The notes below the pieces were generated by a model. That model had not been told where the DNA came from. It did no database searches and saw nothing but the letters and a program-made list of their open reading frames with translations. The translations under genes and the position numbers were made by a program. 64,000 nucleotides of DNA from Geminicoccaceae bacterium. Its GTDB lineage: Bacteria; Pseudomonadota; Alphaproteobacteria; Geminicoccales; Geminicoccaceae. Of the stretch, positions 1-9,786 are shown piece after piece (the stretch's first letter is position 1; every line of letters starts with the position of its first letter). The stretch is taken from assembly GCA_041398005.1 (NCBI GenBank), contig JAWKVP010000003.1:55607-119606 (forward strand), written 5' to 3'.

Positions 1-1071
1 GTGCCCCTCGCGCACACCGAGCGAACTTTTGAAAAAATCCATCTGGTCGGGCGTCATCAGCCCGGCGTGATTGTCCTTGTGGCCGGCGAGCGGGGTGCCG
101 TGGCCCTTGATCGTGTAGGTGACGAAGACGGTGGGGCGGTCATGGTCGATGCTGCCGAAGGCGTCGATCAGCGTTTCGAGGCAATGCCCGCCGAGATTGG
201 TCATCAGCGCCTGAAGTTCGTCGTCGCTGCGCCGTTCGACGAGTGCCGTGGCGTCCCCCTGATCGCCGATCCCGTCGAGGAGACGCCTGCGCCACGCGGC
301 CCCGCCCTGGAAGGTGAGCGCCGAATAGAGCGCGTTGGGGCAGTTGTCGATCCAGTCGCGCAACCGTTCGCCACCCGGCTCGGCGAAGGCGGCACGTTGC
401 AGGGCGCCATGCTTGATGAGCACGACATCCCAGCCGAAGGCGCGAAAGATTGCCTCGATTCGCTGGTAGAGCCCCTCATGGACGACACCGTCGAGTGACT
501 GGCGATTGTAGTCGACGATCCACCAGCAATTGCGCAACCCGTGCTTCCAGCCCTCCTGCAGGCATTCGTAGATATTGCCCTCGTCCATCTCCGCGTCGCC
601 GACAAGGGCAACCATGCGGCCGGTACGCCGCATCGAGGTCCAGGGCTTGGCGGCGAGATAGTCCTGTACCAGCGAGGCGAAGGCAGTGATCGCCACGCCG
701 AGGCCGACCGAACCCGTCGAGAAATCGACATCGTCGATGTCCTTGGTCCGGCTCGGATAGGATTGCGCGCCACCATAGCCGCGAAACGCCTCCAGTTTTT
801 CACGGGTCTGCTGGCCCATGAGATACTGGATGGCATGGAAAACGGGCGATGCGTGCGGCTTGACCGCGACGCGGTCCTCGGGCCGGAGCACCGCCAGATA
901 GAGGGCCGTCATGATCGAGACCATCGACGCCGAGGAAGCCTGGTGTCCGCCGGTCTTGATCGCGTCGGATTTCGGCCGGACATGGTTGGCGTGATGGATG
1001 GTCCAGCAGGCAAGCCAGAGAATCTTCTTCTCCAGCTCGCGGAGAATGGCGATTTCGTCGGTATCCGGCAT
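1..1071 (-). CDS. TPP-dependent 2-oxoacid dehydrogenase E1 / transketolase-like enzyme (AceE type). N-terminal 357 codons only; the 3' end runs off the window
   Basis: Absent from the supplied ORF track because it is edge-truncated. My own translation from ATG 1071-1069 reads MPDTDEIAILRELEKKILWLACWTIHHANH...IKTGGHQASSASMV...ALVGDAEMDEGN...IVDYNRQSLDG. The GDxEMDE and NxxQxLDG motif order matches homodimeric E1 (AceE-like) enzymes. The frame stays open to position 1. Confidence 0.75.
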   Translation of the reverse strand, partial: MPDTDEIAILRELEKKILWLACWTIHHANHVRPKSDAIKTGGHQASSASMVSIMTALYLAVLRPEDRVAVKPHASPVFHAIQYLMGQQTREKLEAFRGYGGAQSYPSRTKDIDDVDFSTGSVGLGVAITAFASLVQDYLAAKPWTSMRRTGRMVALVGDAEMDEGNIYECLQEGWKHGLRNCWWIVDYNRQSLDGVVHEGLYQRIEAIFRAFGWDVVLIKHGALQRAAFAEPGGERLRDWIDNCPNALYSALTFQGGAAWRRRLLDGIGDQGDATALVERRSDDELQALMTNLGGHCLETLIDAFGSIDHDRPTVFVTYTIKGHGTPLAGHKDNHAGLMTPDQMDFFKSSLGVREGH

Positions 1072-1148
1072 TGTCTCCCCCATCCGATCCGAATGTGCGC
1101 AGCTGTTGTAAAGCACGCCCGCAACCGGTGAAACGGCCGGTGTTCGAA

Positions 1149-1186
1149 ACGGAAGCGGATTCGCGCCATGCGGAATCCGCTTCCGT
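1149..1186 (-). terminator. Stem-loop directly downstream of the binding-protein gene (14-bp perfect stem, 10-nt loop)
   Basis: ACGGAAGCGGATTC (1149-1162) pairs with GAATCCGCTTCCGT (1173-1186). It lies 15 nt after the minus-strand stop at 1201. The trailing U-tract on the minus strand is weak (TTCGAACACC). Confidence 0.5.
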
Positions 1187-1200
1187 CGCCGCGCGTCCCG

Positions 1201-2814
1201 TCAGCCGTTGAACCACCAGCGTTCGGCATTGCGGTGGCCGTCGAGTTCCCAGTTGTTGGCAAGCTGGTCGGGCAGTCCGACATTGCCACGCACCGCCTGG
1301 GTATAGGCCATGAAGATCGGGATCAGGGCGCCGCCATCGTCGCTGCACAGGCGCTGCATCTCGACATACATCTCCCGCCGCCTGCCCTCGTCGAGCTCGG
1401 CCCTGGCCTGGACGAGAAGCTCGTTGAAACGCGGATTGTCCCAGTGCGATTCATTCCAGTCCGCGCCGGCCGAATAGACCTGGCTGAACATCCAGTCCTC
1501 GGTCGGGCGACCGCCCCAGTAGCTGGCGCACCAGGGCTTGACCAGCCAGACATTGGACCAGTAACCGTCGTCGGGATCTCGCTGGACCGTGACGTCCATG
1601 CCCGCGGCCCTGGCCGACTGGCTCAGCAGTTCCGCCGCGTCGACGGCACCCTCGAAGGCCGAATCGGCGGTATGCAGGGTCACCGCGAGCCCCTCCATCC
1701 CGGCCTGCTGCAGATGCCATTTCGCCTTGTCCGGATCGTAGGGACGCTGCGGCATCTCCTCGGCCGTGGCGCGATAGATGTTGGCCGGGCCGATGGGGCT
1801 GTCGTTCCCCACCTCACCGAGCCCCTTGAGGATCTTCTCCAGCATCTCCTCCCGGTTCACCGCATATTTGATCGCAAGGCGCACATCGACATTGTCGAAG
1901 GGTGCTGCGTCGCAATGCATCGGCAGGGTGCAATGCTTGTTGCCATTGGTGGGAACCACATTGATGTCGGGGTCGCGCTTGAGCAGGTGAAGGGTCTTGA
2001 GATCGAGATTGGCGATGGAATCCAGCTCGTTCGAACGAAGACCGTTGGTCCGGGCGGCGATATCGGAGATGAACAGGTTCTCGACGGAATCGAAGAAGGC
2101 GGCGTCTTCCTTCCAGTAGCCGGCAAAGCGCTTCGTGATCGTGTTCACGCCGGGGTCGAAATTCTCGAGCATGTAGCCGCCGGTCCCCACACCCGATTGC
2201 CAGTCGATCGAGCCCTCGTCGGTGGCCGGACAGATGGCCAGATGATAGTCCGAGCAGATGAACGGGAAGTCGGCATTGCCACCGGAGAGATCGAAGACGA
2301 CCCAGTCGCCGTCGGCACGGATGTCGGTGATCGCCTCGACGATGCCGGCCGCGGCCGATCCCGTATCCTCGTTGCGGTGATGGTTGAAGGACGCGATCAC
2401 ATCCTGAATGGCGAGACTCCTGCCATTGTGGAATTCCACCCCCTTGCGCAGCCTGAAGCGCCATTGCGTTGCGTCTTCGGATGCTTCCCACTCTTCGGCG
2501 AGCTCGCCACGCAGCGAACCGTCGGGAGCGACCTCGGTAAGGCAGTTGCGCAGCTGGCCGAAACTGACGTTGATCATGTAGGAATCGAGGATCTTGGCCG
2601 GGTCGAGAACATCACCGGAACTGCCGCCGGTGAGAGCCTGGCGAAACGTCCCGCCCCGTTGCGGTGCGGCTGCCATGGCCCTGTCGAACCGGCCGAGCGC
2701 GACACCTGCGGCGGTGCCGAGAAGAAGTGACTGCTGAACGAATTCTCGCCGCGAGATGCGCCGCGCGGCCGCAAGCCTTTCGAGATTTCCGAAAGTCAAC
2801 ACGGGATCCTCCAT
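1201..2814 (-). CDS. ABC transporter substrate-binding protein, family 5 (peptide/nickel, DppA/OppA-like), with Tat-type signal
   Basis: ORF 1201-2865. The twin-arginine signal SRREFVQQSLLLGTAAGVALG suggests a start at MEDPV (2814). Length and composition fit family-5 binding proteins. It is divergent from the cognate permease genes. Confidence 0.85.
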   Translation of the reverse strand: MEDPVLTFGNLERLAAARRISRREFVQQSLLLGTAAGVALGRFDRAMAAAPQRGGTFRQALTGGSSGDVLDPAKILDSYMINVSFGQLRNCLTEVAPDGSLRGELAEEWEASEDATQWRFRLRKGVEFHNGRSLAIQDVIASFNHHRNEDTGSAAAGIVEAITDIRADGDWVVFDLSGGNADFPFICSDYHLAICPATDEGSIDWQSGVGTGGYMLENFDPGVNTITKRFAGYWKEDAAFFDSVENLFISDIAARTNGLRSNELDSIANLDLKTLHLLKRDPDINVVPTNGNKHCTLPMHCDAAPFDNVDVRLAIKYAVNREEMLEKILKGLGEVGNDSPIGPANIYRATAEEMPQRPYDPDKAKWHLQQAGMEGLAVTLHTADSAFEGAVDAAELLSQSARAAGMDVTVQRDPDDGYWSNVWLVKPWCASYWGGRPTEDWMFSQVYSAGADWNESHWDNPRFNELLVQARAELDEGRRREMYVEMQRLCSDDGGALIPIFMAYTQAVRGNVGLPDQLANNWELDGHRNAERWWFNG

Positions 2815-2964
2815 TGATCGTTCTTGCACCGATTCTTGAGTAGGCCATTCGATCAACAGCGGCAAGCATGGCCAGACGGGACATCGCGATTTGCAAAGAG
2901 CGCCGGCAGCCGCTAGCCTTCTGTCAGCAACGAGTCAGGAACCGAGAGAACAGCGGGAGAAAAC

Positions 2965-3921
2965 ATGCACCCGATACTGAAAATGGTCCTCGCGCGCCTC
3001 GGACTCGGTGTGCTCACATTATTTGTCGTCTCACTGATCATCTTTCTCGGGGTCGAACTTCTTCCGGGCGATATCGCGCAGGAAATACTGGGGCAGTCGG
3101 CAACACCCGAAACCGTTGCGGCACTCCGCAAGGAAATGGGCCTCGATCTTCCCGCGCACGAACGATACCTGAGCTGGCTCGGCGGGATGGTGCAGGGCGA
3201 TTTCGGCGTTTCACTCGCCAACAAGCGGCAAATCTCGGAACTGATCTCGGTACGCTTGTGGAACACGCTCTTCCTCGCCGGACTGACCGCCATCGTCGCC
3301 GTACCGGTCGCGCTCACGCTCGGCGTTCTCGCGGCACTCTACCGCAACAGCCTGTTCGATCGCGCGATCAACGTGTTCACGCTGTCGTCGATCAGCTTTC
3401 CCGAATTCTTCGTCGCCTATATCCTCATCCTGTTCCTTTCGGTCGATCTCGGCTGGTTTCCGTCGATCTCCAATGTAAGCCCCGACACGCCGTTCCTCGA
3501 ACGGGTGTATCGCAGCGTGCTGCCCGCGCTCACACTGACGCTCGTGATCGTCGCTCACATGATGCGCATGACCCGGGCGGCCATCATCAACCTGCTCGCC
3601 AGCCCCTATATCGAGATGGCGCGGCTCAAGGGCATCGCGCCGAGGCGGGTCATCGTCCGCCACGCCGTGCCCAACGCGCTGGCGCCGATCATCAACGTGG
3701 TAGCACTCAACCTCGCCTATCTCGTCGTCGGCGTGGTCGTGGTCGAAGTGGTGTTCGTCTATCCGGGGCTCGGCCAGCTCATCGTCGATTCGGTCAGCAA
3801 ACGCGATCTGCCGGTCGTCCAGGCTTGCGCGCTGATCTTCGCGGTCACCTATATCCTGCTGAATCTGCTGGCGGATATTCTCTCCACCGTGACCAATCCC
3901 CGCCTCCTCCATCCACGTTGA
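2965..3921 (+). CDS. ABC peptide transporter permease (DppB/OppB-like)
   Basis: 318 aa, multi-TM. N-terminus MHPILKMVLARLGLGVLTLFVVSLIIF and the EAA-loop region SPYIEMARLKGIAPRRVIVRHAVPNAL are typical of the BPD_transp_1 DppB family. Confidence 0.9.
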   Translation: MHPILKMVLARLGLGVLTLFVVSLIIFLGVELLPGDIAQEILGQSATPETVAALRKEMGLDLPAHERYLSWLGGMVQGDFGVSLANKRQISELISVRLWNTLFLAGLTAIVAVPVALTLGVLAALYRNSLFDRAINVFTLSSISFPEFFVAYILILFLSVDLGWFPSISNVSPDTPFLERVYRSVLPALTLTLVIVAHMMRMTRAAIINLLASPYIEMARLKGIAPRRVIVRHAVPNALAPIINVVALNLAYLVVGVVVVEVVFVYPGLGQLIVDSVSKRDLPVVQACALIFAVTYILLNLLADILSTVTNPRLLHPR

Positions 3922-3928
3922 GACAGGC

Positions 3929-4750
3929 ATGTTCCGTCTACTGAAAACAGCACCTCCCACCGCCTGGTTCGGGATGATCGTCATCCTCGCCTATATCGTC
4001 ATCGCCATCTTCGCGCCGGCGATCGCACCCTATGGCGAAACGGACATCGTCGGACCCGAATACGATCTCTGGAGCGAGGCACACCCGCTCGGCACCGACA
4101 ATCTCGGCCGCGACATGATGACGAGACTGATCTACGGCGCGCGCAATACCGTCGGGATCGCCTTCGTCACCACCATCATCGCCTTCTTTCTCGGCGGCGC
4201 GCTCGGCCTGCTCGCGGCCACCGTCGGCGGCTGGACCGACCAGCTCCTGTCGCGGCTCGTCGACGTGCTGATGGCCATCCCCCAGCTGATCTTCGCGCTC
4301 CTGATCCTTACCATCGTCGGCACCTCGATACCGGCGGTCATCCTCGTCATCGCGGTGCTCGATTCCACCCGCGTCTTTCGCCTCGGGCGGGCGGTGGCGA
4401 TGAATATCGTGGTGATGGATTTCGTCGAGGCGGCGAAGCTGCGCGGCGAAGGGCTCTGGTGGATCATCCGTGCGGAGATCCTGCCCAACGCCATGGCACC
4501 GCTGGTCGCCGAATTCGGCCTGCGTTTCTGCTTCGTGTTCCTGACGATCTCGGCACTCTCGTTCCTCGGTCTCGGCATCCAGCCGCCGACGGCGGACTGG
4601 GGGAGCATGGTTCGCGACAATGCGACACTCATCACCTTCGGCGATGTCACGCCGCTCCTGCCGGCCGCCGCCATCGCGCTCCTGACGGTGGCGGTGAATT
4701 TCGTCGTCGACTGGTTCCTGCACAAGACGAGTGGGCTCAAGGATGTCTGA
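3929..4750 (+). CDS. ABC peptide transporter permease (DppC/OppC-like)
   Basis: 273 aa. Motifs HPLGTDNLGRDMMTRLIYGARN and FVEAAKLRGEGLWWIIRAEILPNAM are typical of DppC. Confidence 0.9.
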   Translation: MFRLLKTAPPTAWFGMIVILAYIVIAIFAPAIAPYGETDIVGPEYDLWSEAHPLGTDNLGRDMMTRLIYGARNTVGIAFVTTIIAFFLGGALGLLAATVGGWTDQLLSRLVDVLMAIPQLIFALLILTIVGTSIPAVILVIAVLDSTRVFRLGRAVAMNIVVMDFVEAAKLRGEGLWWIIRAEILPNAMAPLVAEFGLRFCFVFLTISALSFLGLGIQPPTADWGSMVRDNATLITFGDVTPLLPAAAIALLTVAVNFVVDWFLHKTSGLKDV

Positions 4751-6401
4751 TACAAGCACTGCCAACGCGACCGCCGGCAATGGCGGGGAACGCCCCGTGC
4801 TCCTGCAGATGACCGGACTTCGTATCGAGGGCCGGACCGAACAGGGCTGGTCGGAGATCGTGCATGGTGTCGATGTCACCCTGCGCCGCGGCGAGGTGCT
4901 GGGCCTGATCGGCGAATCCGGCGCAGGCAAGTCGACCATCGGCCTCGCGGCGATGGGCTATGCCCGCGACGGCTGCCGCATCTCCGGCGGCACGATCACC
5001 TTCGACGGTATCGACATGCGCGAGGCGAGCGATGCGCGCAAGCGGGCCCTGCGCGGCTCGCGGATCGCCTATGTGGCACAGAGTGCCGCCGCCGGCTTCA
5101 ATCCGGCACACAAGCTCATCGACCAGTATTGCGAGGCACCGGTGCAGCACGGTGTCCGGCAGCGGCGCGAGGCCGAGGGCGAGGCAATCGATCTCTTCGG
5201 CCGGCTGCGGCTGCCCGATCCCGAAGGCATCGGCTTTCGCTATCCGCATCAGGTTTCGGGCGGCCAGCTCCAGCGGGCGATGACCGCCATGGCGATGGCC
5301 TGCAGGCCCGATCTCATCATCTTCGACGAACCGACCACCGCACTCGACGTCACCACCCAGATCGAGGTGCTCGCTGCCATCCGCGATGTGGTCGAACAGT
5401 TCGATACCGCCGCCATCTATGTGACCCACGATCTTGCCGTCGTGGCGCAGATGGCCGACCGGATCATGGTGCTTCGTCACGGCGATCTCGTCGAGGAGAA
5501 CGAAACCCGCGCCATGCTCGCCGGCCCGGACGAGGACTATACGCGAGCGCTGCTCTCGGTGCGAAGCTACCGCAAGGATGCGGCCGAAATCCCGGTGCAC
5601 GACGTTCCGATCCTCACAGTGGACAATGTCACCGCCGCCTACGGCCCGGTGCCCGTGCTCAGGAATGTGAGCTTCGCCATTCACAGGAAACGGACGGTGG
5701 CCGTGGTCGGCGAGTCCGGGTCCGGCAAGAGCACGACGGCGCGCGTGATCACCGGCCTGCTGCCGCCACGCAAGGGCCGCGTGCTGTTCGAGGGCGAGCC
5801 GCTGCCGGCCGATTTCCGCCAGCGAAGCCGCGACCAGTTGCGTCATGCGCAGATGATCTACCAGATGCCGGACACGGCGCTGAACCCGCGCCAGCGCATT
5901 CGCGACGTGATCGGCCGGCCGGCGCATTTCTATCTCGGCCTGAGCGGCAAGGCGCTCGACGAGCGTGTGCGCGATCTTCTCAGGCTGATCGAACTCGAAC
6001 CGGACGATTACATCGACCGGCTGCCGACGGAACTGTCCGGCGGCCAGAAACAGCGCATCTGCATCGCCCGCGCACTCGCCGCCGAACCCGCACTCATCAT
6101 CTGCGACGAGGTGACATCAGCGCTCGACCAGCTCGTCGCCGAGGAAATTCTCAAACTCCTGCAAAAACTGCAGGATGATTTCGACCTGTCCTACATGTTC
6201 ATCACCCATGACATCGGCACGGTCCGCGCCATCTCCGACGAGGTGGTCGTCATGCTGCAGGGCGAGGTGGTGGAACACGGACCGCGCGACGAGATGTTCC
6301 GGCCGCCGCACCACGAATATACCGAACTGCTCCTGTCATCGGTACCGGAGATGGATCCGGACTGGCTGACCAACCTGCTCAGGGAGCGTGGCGAGGAATA
6401 G
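4743..6401 (+). CDS. Fused double ATP-binding-cassette ATPase (DppD/DppF-type) of the peptide importer
   Basis: Two Walker A sites ([18 protein letters not shown]), two signature motifs ([16 protein letters not shown]) and two Walker B sites. ATG 4743 overlaps the upstream stop (ATGTCTGA), which suggests translational coupling. Confidence 0.9.
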   Translation: MSDTSTANATAGNGGERPVLLQMTGLRIEGRTEQGWSEIVHGVDVTLRRGEVLGLIGESGAGKSTIGLAAMGYARDGCRISGGTITFDGIDMREASDARKRALRGSRIAYVAQSAAAGFNPAHKLIDQYCEAPVQHGVRQRREAEGEAIDLFGRLRLPDPEGIGFRYPHQVSGGQLQRAMTAMAMACRPDLIIFDEPTTALDVTTQIEVLAAIRDVVEQFDTAAIYVTHDLAVVAQMADRIMVLRHGDLVEENETRAMLAGPDEDYTRALLSVRSYRKDAAEIPVHDVPILTVDNVTAAYGPVPVLRNVSFAIHRKRTVAVVGESGSGKSTTARVITGLLPPRKGRVLFEGEPLPADFRQRSRDQLRHAQMIYQMPDTALNPRQRIRDVIGRPAHFYLGLSGKALDERVRDLLRLIELEPDDYIDRLPTELSGGQKQRICIARALAAEPALIICDEVTSALDQLVAEEILKLLQKLQDDFDLSYMFITHDIGTVRAISDEVVVMLQGEVVEHGPRDEMFRPPHHEYTELLLSSVPEMDPDWLTNLLRERGEE

Positions 6402-6792
6402 AGTCGCAGCAAGCGATCATTCCCATCACGACAATATTTCTTGCGCAATCCGGAGCATGAATCTAGCCTGCGCCTTCGAATTTGACTTGACCGTCGAGGC
6501 GATTGATTTGGATTGGACAGAAAAAATACTGATAAATACATGTCCATCGACCCGTCAGGGCCGATCGATTTTTCGGCATCGTCCGCTGTTCTTTCGAAGA
6601 TGTACCGGAACCGGGCGGCACGCGCCTGTGACGCCCGACGGGAGACCGGTCGACGTTTCCTAGCGATTTCGCCGGAAATGACCGATACACTCAATGACAT
6701 TCGTCGAATACGCGAACCAAAACCACTGCCGCGACCGCCATCGCGGTCACTGTCGCTCATTGCGACATTCTTCGGCTTCCCGATTTCTCATA

Positions 6793-6832
6793 TTCGCAAA
6801 CTGGCATAAAAAAATGTATGCCAGTTTGCGAA
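6793..6832. repeat. Perfect 16-bp inverted repeat with an 8-nt A-rich spacer in an AT-richer gene-free region
   Basis: TTCGCAAACTGGCATA (6793-6808), spacer AAAAAATG, then TATGCCAGTTTGCGAA (6817-6832). No U-tract follows on either strand. Confidence 0.9.
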
Positions 6833-7058
6833 ATTGCGTAAGCGAAAGAGTTCGATTTAAGTTCACTCTTGGCAAAGCTGCACAAAGCAGCAGCCTGTTC
6901 CCAACTTTTGTTGCGCGAGGCTGATGACGGATGAACGCGGTTCACGCGATTTCTACACACTTGGGGAATATCTCGTCTGACGGTGCTCGCTCCGTCTCGA
7001 AACAGGCGTTGCGACCATGCGTGCATCCGTGTCGCCGGCGGAACGGAGGTCCGTCGAG

Positions 7059-7853
7059 ATGAACGGTTCCACGATCAAGGCCATGGAGATGAAGTCGAAC
7101 TTCGGCAGGAACGTCCGCAAACACTGCACGGTTCCGGGTTCCATCGCCCGCATCTGCCGCAAGGCGGGGATCAACCGGCAGCAGTTCAACAAGTATCTGA
7201 ACGGACATTCCCTGCCCTCCCTGCTCACGGCCCAGACCATCGCCAACGCACTCGGCGTGCGTATCGGCGACCTGCTCGAGGGAGACAGCGACCGGCGCCG
7301 CCTGCGCAATTCCCTCGACGGCATCGCCGCCACCCTGCAGCCATCCAAGGTGAACGTCTTCGCTCAAGGCTACTATCTCGAGGTCAACCGCTCGGAAGTC
7401 GTCCCTGACCATGTCCTGACCTCGCTGACGTCGATCACCTTCGACAATGACACGATGCGCTATCGCCGCAAGACGCCGCTGCAGAGCCTGCCATGCAGCA
7501 AGACGCTCTGGACCTATGACGGCGTGGCCTACAACACCAACAATTGCGGCAAGATCATCTACGTCAATTCGACGGTTCGACTGTATTTCGGCAGCTATCT
7601 TCTCGAATCGGCCAGTCTCTACAACAAGGATCTGGTCGGCCTCAAGCTGGCCGGCAGCAGCAATCCCCGCGGCACACCGTTCGCCGCCCCCGTCTACAAG
7701 ATCTATCTCGGCGAGCGGCCCAACCTGCTGAGCTACCGCAACCAGCTTCGGCTCATTCGTGATACCGAACTGCCGCAGCGGATCGCCAAGGCGGTGCAGA
7801 TCCTCGACGAGGCCGTGGTCCACGAGAGCGGAATGCTCAAGCTCGCCGGCTGA
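7059..7853 (+). CDS. XRE (Cro/C1)-family HTH protein with an unrecognised C-terminal domain of about 190 aa
   Basis: The HTH segment is NFGRNVRKHCTVPGSIARICRKAGINRQQFNKYLNGHSLPSLLTAQTIANALGV. The ORF opens at 7017. ATG 7059 has GGAGG 9 nt upstream; ATG 7083 or 7089 are alternatives. Codon usage looks AT-richer than in neighbouring genes. Confidence 0.7.
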   Translation: MNGSTIKAMEMKSNFGRNVRKHCTVPGSIARICRKAGINRQQFNKYLNGHSLPSLLTAQTIANALGVRIGDLLEGDSDRRRLRNSLDGIAATLQPSKVNVFAQGYYLEVNRSEVVPDHVLTSLTSITFDNDTMRYRRKTPLQSLPCSKTLWTYDGVAYNTNNCGKIIYVNSTVRLYFGSYLLESASLYNKDLVGLKLAGSSNPRGTPFAAPVYKIYLGERPNLLSYRNQLRLIRDTELPQRIAKAVQILDEAVVHESGMLKLAG

Positions 7854-7860
7854 CGCCGGA

Positions 7861-8727
7861 TCAGCTGCCCAGCCGCTTGCGCACCGGCGATGCCGGATAC
7901 ACGCCGAGAACCTCGACCTGGTGAGCGAAGAACCGCAGTTCCTCGAGCGCCAGGCCCAGGCCCCGTTCCTCCGGGTGTCCGAGGACATCGGCAAAGAACT
8001 GCGCCTGACCGAAACTCGGGTCGATATAGCTCTCCAGCTTGAGCATGTTGACGCCGTTGGTGGCGAAGCCGCCGAGCGCCTTGTAGAGCGCCGCCGGAAC
8101 GTTGCGGACGCGGAAGAGAAAACTCGTGATCACATCGCCGTCACCCGCCGGCGGACATTGCGGCTCGCGCGAGAGCACGACGAAACGGGTGGTGTTGTGC
8201 TCGGCATCCTCGATGTCCTGGGCGAGGATGTCGAGACCGTAGATCTCGGCCGCGAGGATCGGCGAGATGGCGGCATGGCTGCGGTCGCCGCGCTGGGCGA
8301 TCTCGGCGGCCGCTCCGGCCGTATCTCCGGCGACCCGCGCCCTGAAACCGTGACTGCGCAGGAAATTGCGGGTCTGGCCGAGCGCGTGGATGTGCGAATG
8401 AACGAAGCGTATCTCCTCGAGCTTCGTGCCGCGCAGGGCAAGCAGATGAAAGCGGATGCGCAGGAAATGCTCGGCAATGATGTGCAGGCCGCAATGCGGC
8501 ATCAGATGGTGAACGTCGGCGACACGCCCGGCGATGGTGTTGTCCACCGGTATCATCGCCAGCCTCGCCTGTCCGTCGCGCACCGAATCGAACGCCTCCT
8601 CGAACGATTCGCAAGGCAGGGGTTCCATGCCCGGAAACATCTCCGAACAGGCGATATGCGAGTTCGCGCCTGGCTGGCCCTGGTAGGCGATGCGGTTGTC
8701 GGCCGGTGCACCGGTATCGTCGCTCAT
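7861..8727 (-). CDS. pheA: Prephenate dehydratase
   Basis: RIAYQGQPGANSHIA at the N-terminus, a PDT domain and a C-terminal ACT region (TRFVVLSREP). 288 aa. Confidence 0.9.
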   Translation of the reverse strand: MSDDTGAPADNRIAYQGQPGANSHIACSEMFPGMEPLPCESFEEAFDSVRDGQARLAMIPVDNTIAGRVADVHHLMPHCGLHIIAEHFLRIRFHLLALRGTKLEEIRFVHSHIHALGQTRNFLRSHGFRARVAGDTAGAAAEIAQRGDRSHAAISPILAAEIYGLDILAQDIEDAEHNTTRFVVLSREPQCPPAGDGDVITSFLFRVRNVPAALYKALGGFATNGVNMLKLESYIDPSFGQAQFFADVLGHPEERGLGLALEELRFFAHQVEVLGVYPASPVRKRLGS

Positions 8728-8784
8728 GCGTTTCCCGTCTTCTCTTGCTCTCTTGTCTCTTGTCGTCGTTCGCGCCGGCGTCGG

Positions 8785-9549
8785 TCAGGCGGATTCGAGG
8801 ATCTTCCGCGCACGTTCGAGGTCGTGCGGCGTGTCGACGCCAAAGGGAATACTCTCCACACGGCGGACGCCGATGGTCATGCCGTTCTCGAGCGCACGCA
8901 GCTGTTCCAGTTTCTCGCGCCGTTCGAGCGGGCTCGGCGGCAATCCCGAAAAGCGCTCGAGGGCATCGCGGGCAAAAGCATAGATGCCGATGTGATGATA
9001 GACCGGCCCCTCGCCCCAGGGAGCGGTGGCGCGGGTAAAATACAGCGCGCGTCCGAGATCCTCGTTGATCCACGAAACCACCGCCTTGACCGTGTTCGGA
9101 TCCTGCCTTTCCTCCTCGTCGGTGGTGGCGTTGACAAGCGTGGCGATGTCGCAGCCGAGCGTATCCAGCGGCTCCAGCGCCTGCACGAGAATGCGCGGAT
9201 CGAGTGTCGGCATGTCGCCCTGCAGGTTGACCACCCGGTCGTGCCGCCGTTCGGGATCGATCTCGGCGAGCGCCGCGCACACGCGATCCGTTCCGCTCGC
9301 GAGATCCGGGTCGGTCAGCACCGCCTCGCCGCCCGATGCCCGCACGGCATCGGCGATCTCCTGTTCGGCACAGGCGACGACCGCACGGCCCACGCCGGAT
9401 TCGACCGCCCGCCGCCAGACCTGCACGATCATGGGCTCGCCGGCGATCGGGGCGAGCGGTTTTCCGGGCAGGCGGCTGCTGGCCATGCGTGCCGGAACGA
9501 GGATGATCGGGTGCGACCGATTGCCGCTTTTTCCCGCCGAAGCCGTCAA
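8785..9549 (-). CDS. kdsB: 3-deoxy-manno-octulosonate cytidylyltransferase (CMP-KDO synthetase)
   Basis: ILVPARMASSRLPGKPLAPIAGEPMI and NLQGDMP motifs. The ORF extends to 9627, but a TTG at 9549 preceded by GGAGAAGG gives a normal length of about 254 aa. The start is uncertain. Confidence 0.88.
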   Translation of the reverse strand: MTASAGKSGNRSHPIILVPARMASSRLPGKPLAPIAGEPMIVQVWRRAVESGVGRAVVACAEQEIADAVRASGGEAVLTDPDLASGTDRVCAALAEIDPERRHDRVVNLQGDMPTLDPRILVQALEPLDTLGCDIATLVNATTDEEERQDPNTVKAVVSWINEDLGRALYFTRATAPWGEGPVYHHIGIYAFARDALERFSGLPPSPLERREKLEQLRALENGMTIGVRRVESIPFGVDTPHDLERARKILESA

Positions 9550-9649
9550 GTACCTTCTCCGATGATGCGTTCCGCGTTTTTCCGCAACCGGCGGACCGGG
9601 CGACACAGAAACCGTCCGACGAGCCATTCGGGTGGGACAAAACGCCCGC

Positions 9650-9664
9650 CGGACACCGTGTCCG
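9650..9664. promoter_or_regulatory. 15-bp palindrome abutting a TTGAC hexamer in the kdsB / cytochrome c divergent region
   Basis: CGGACAC-C-GTGTCCG (9650-9664) is followed immediately by CTTGACG (9665-9671). Calling it an operator is inference only. Confidence 0.3.
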
Positions 9665-9786
9665 CTTGACGTCCGCGGCGACCATGCGATACCGACCCAA
9701 GCGGCCCGTCAAGCCCGGCAACCCGTTGTCTGCCGGTGGACGGAGGCCGCTCTACCCTCTCGGCTGGGCAGGCACAAGGATTTCCG

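Noticed and set aside
6388-7026. Small ORFs in the AT-richer spacer: 6388-6663 plus, 6463-6690 minus, 6513-6809 plus, 6694-6924 plus and 6757-7026 minus. They could be a toxin partner for the XRE gene.
   Set aside because: They have no SD at proper spacing, poor codon bias, mutually overlapping frames and non-ATG starts. Several are interrupted by or include the perfect 16-bp inverted repeat, which is unlikely inside a coding sequence. A small protein cannot be fully excluded without Ribo-seq.
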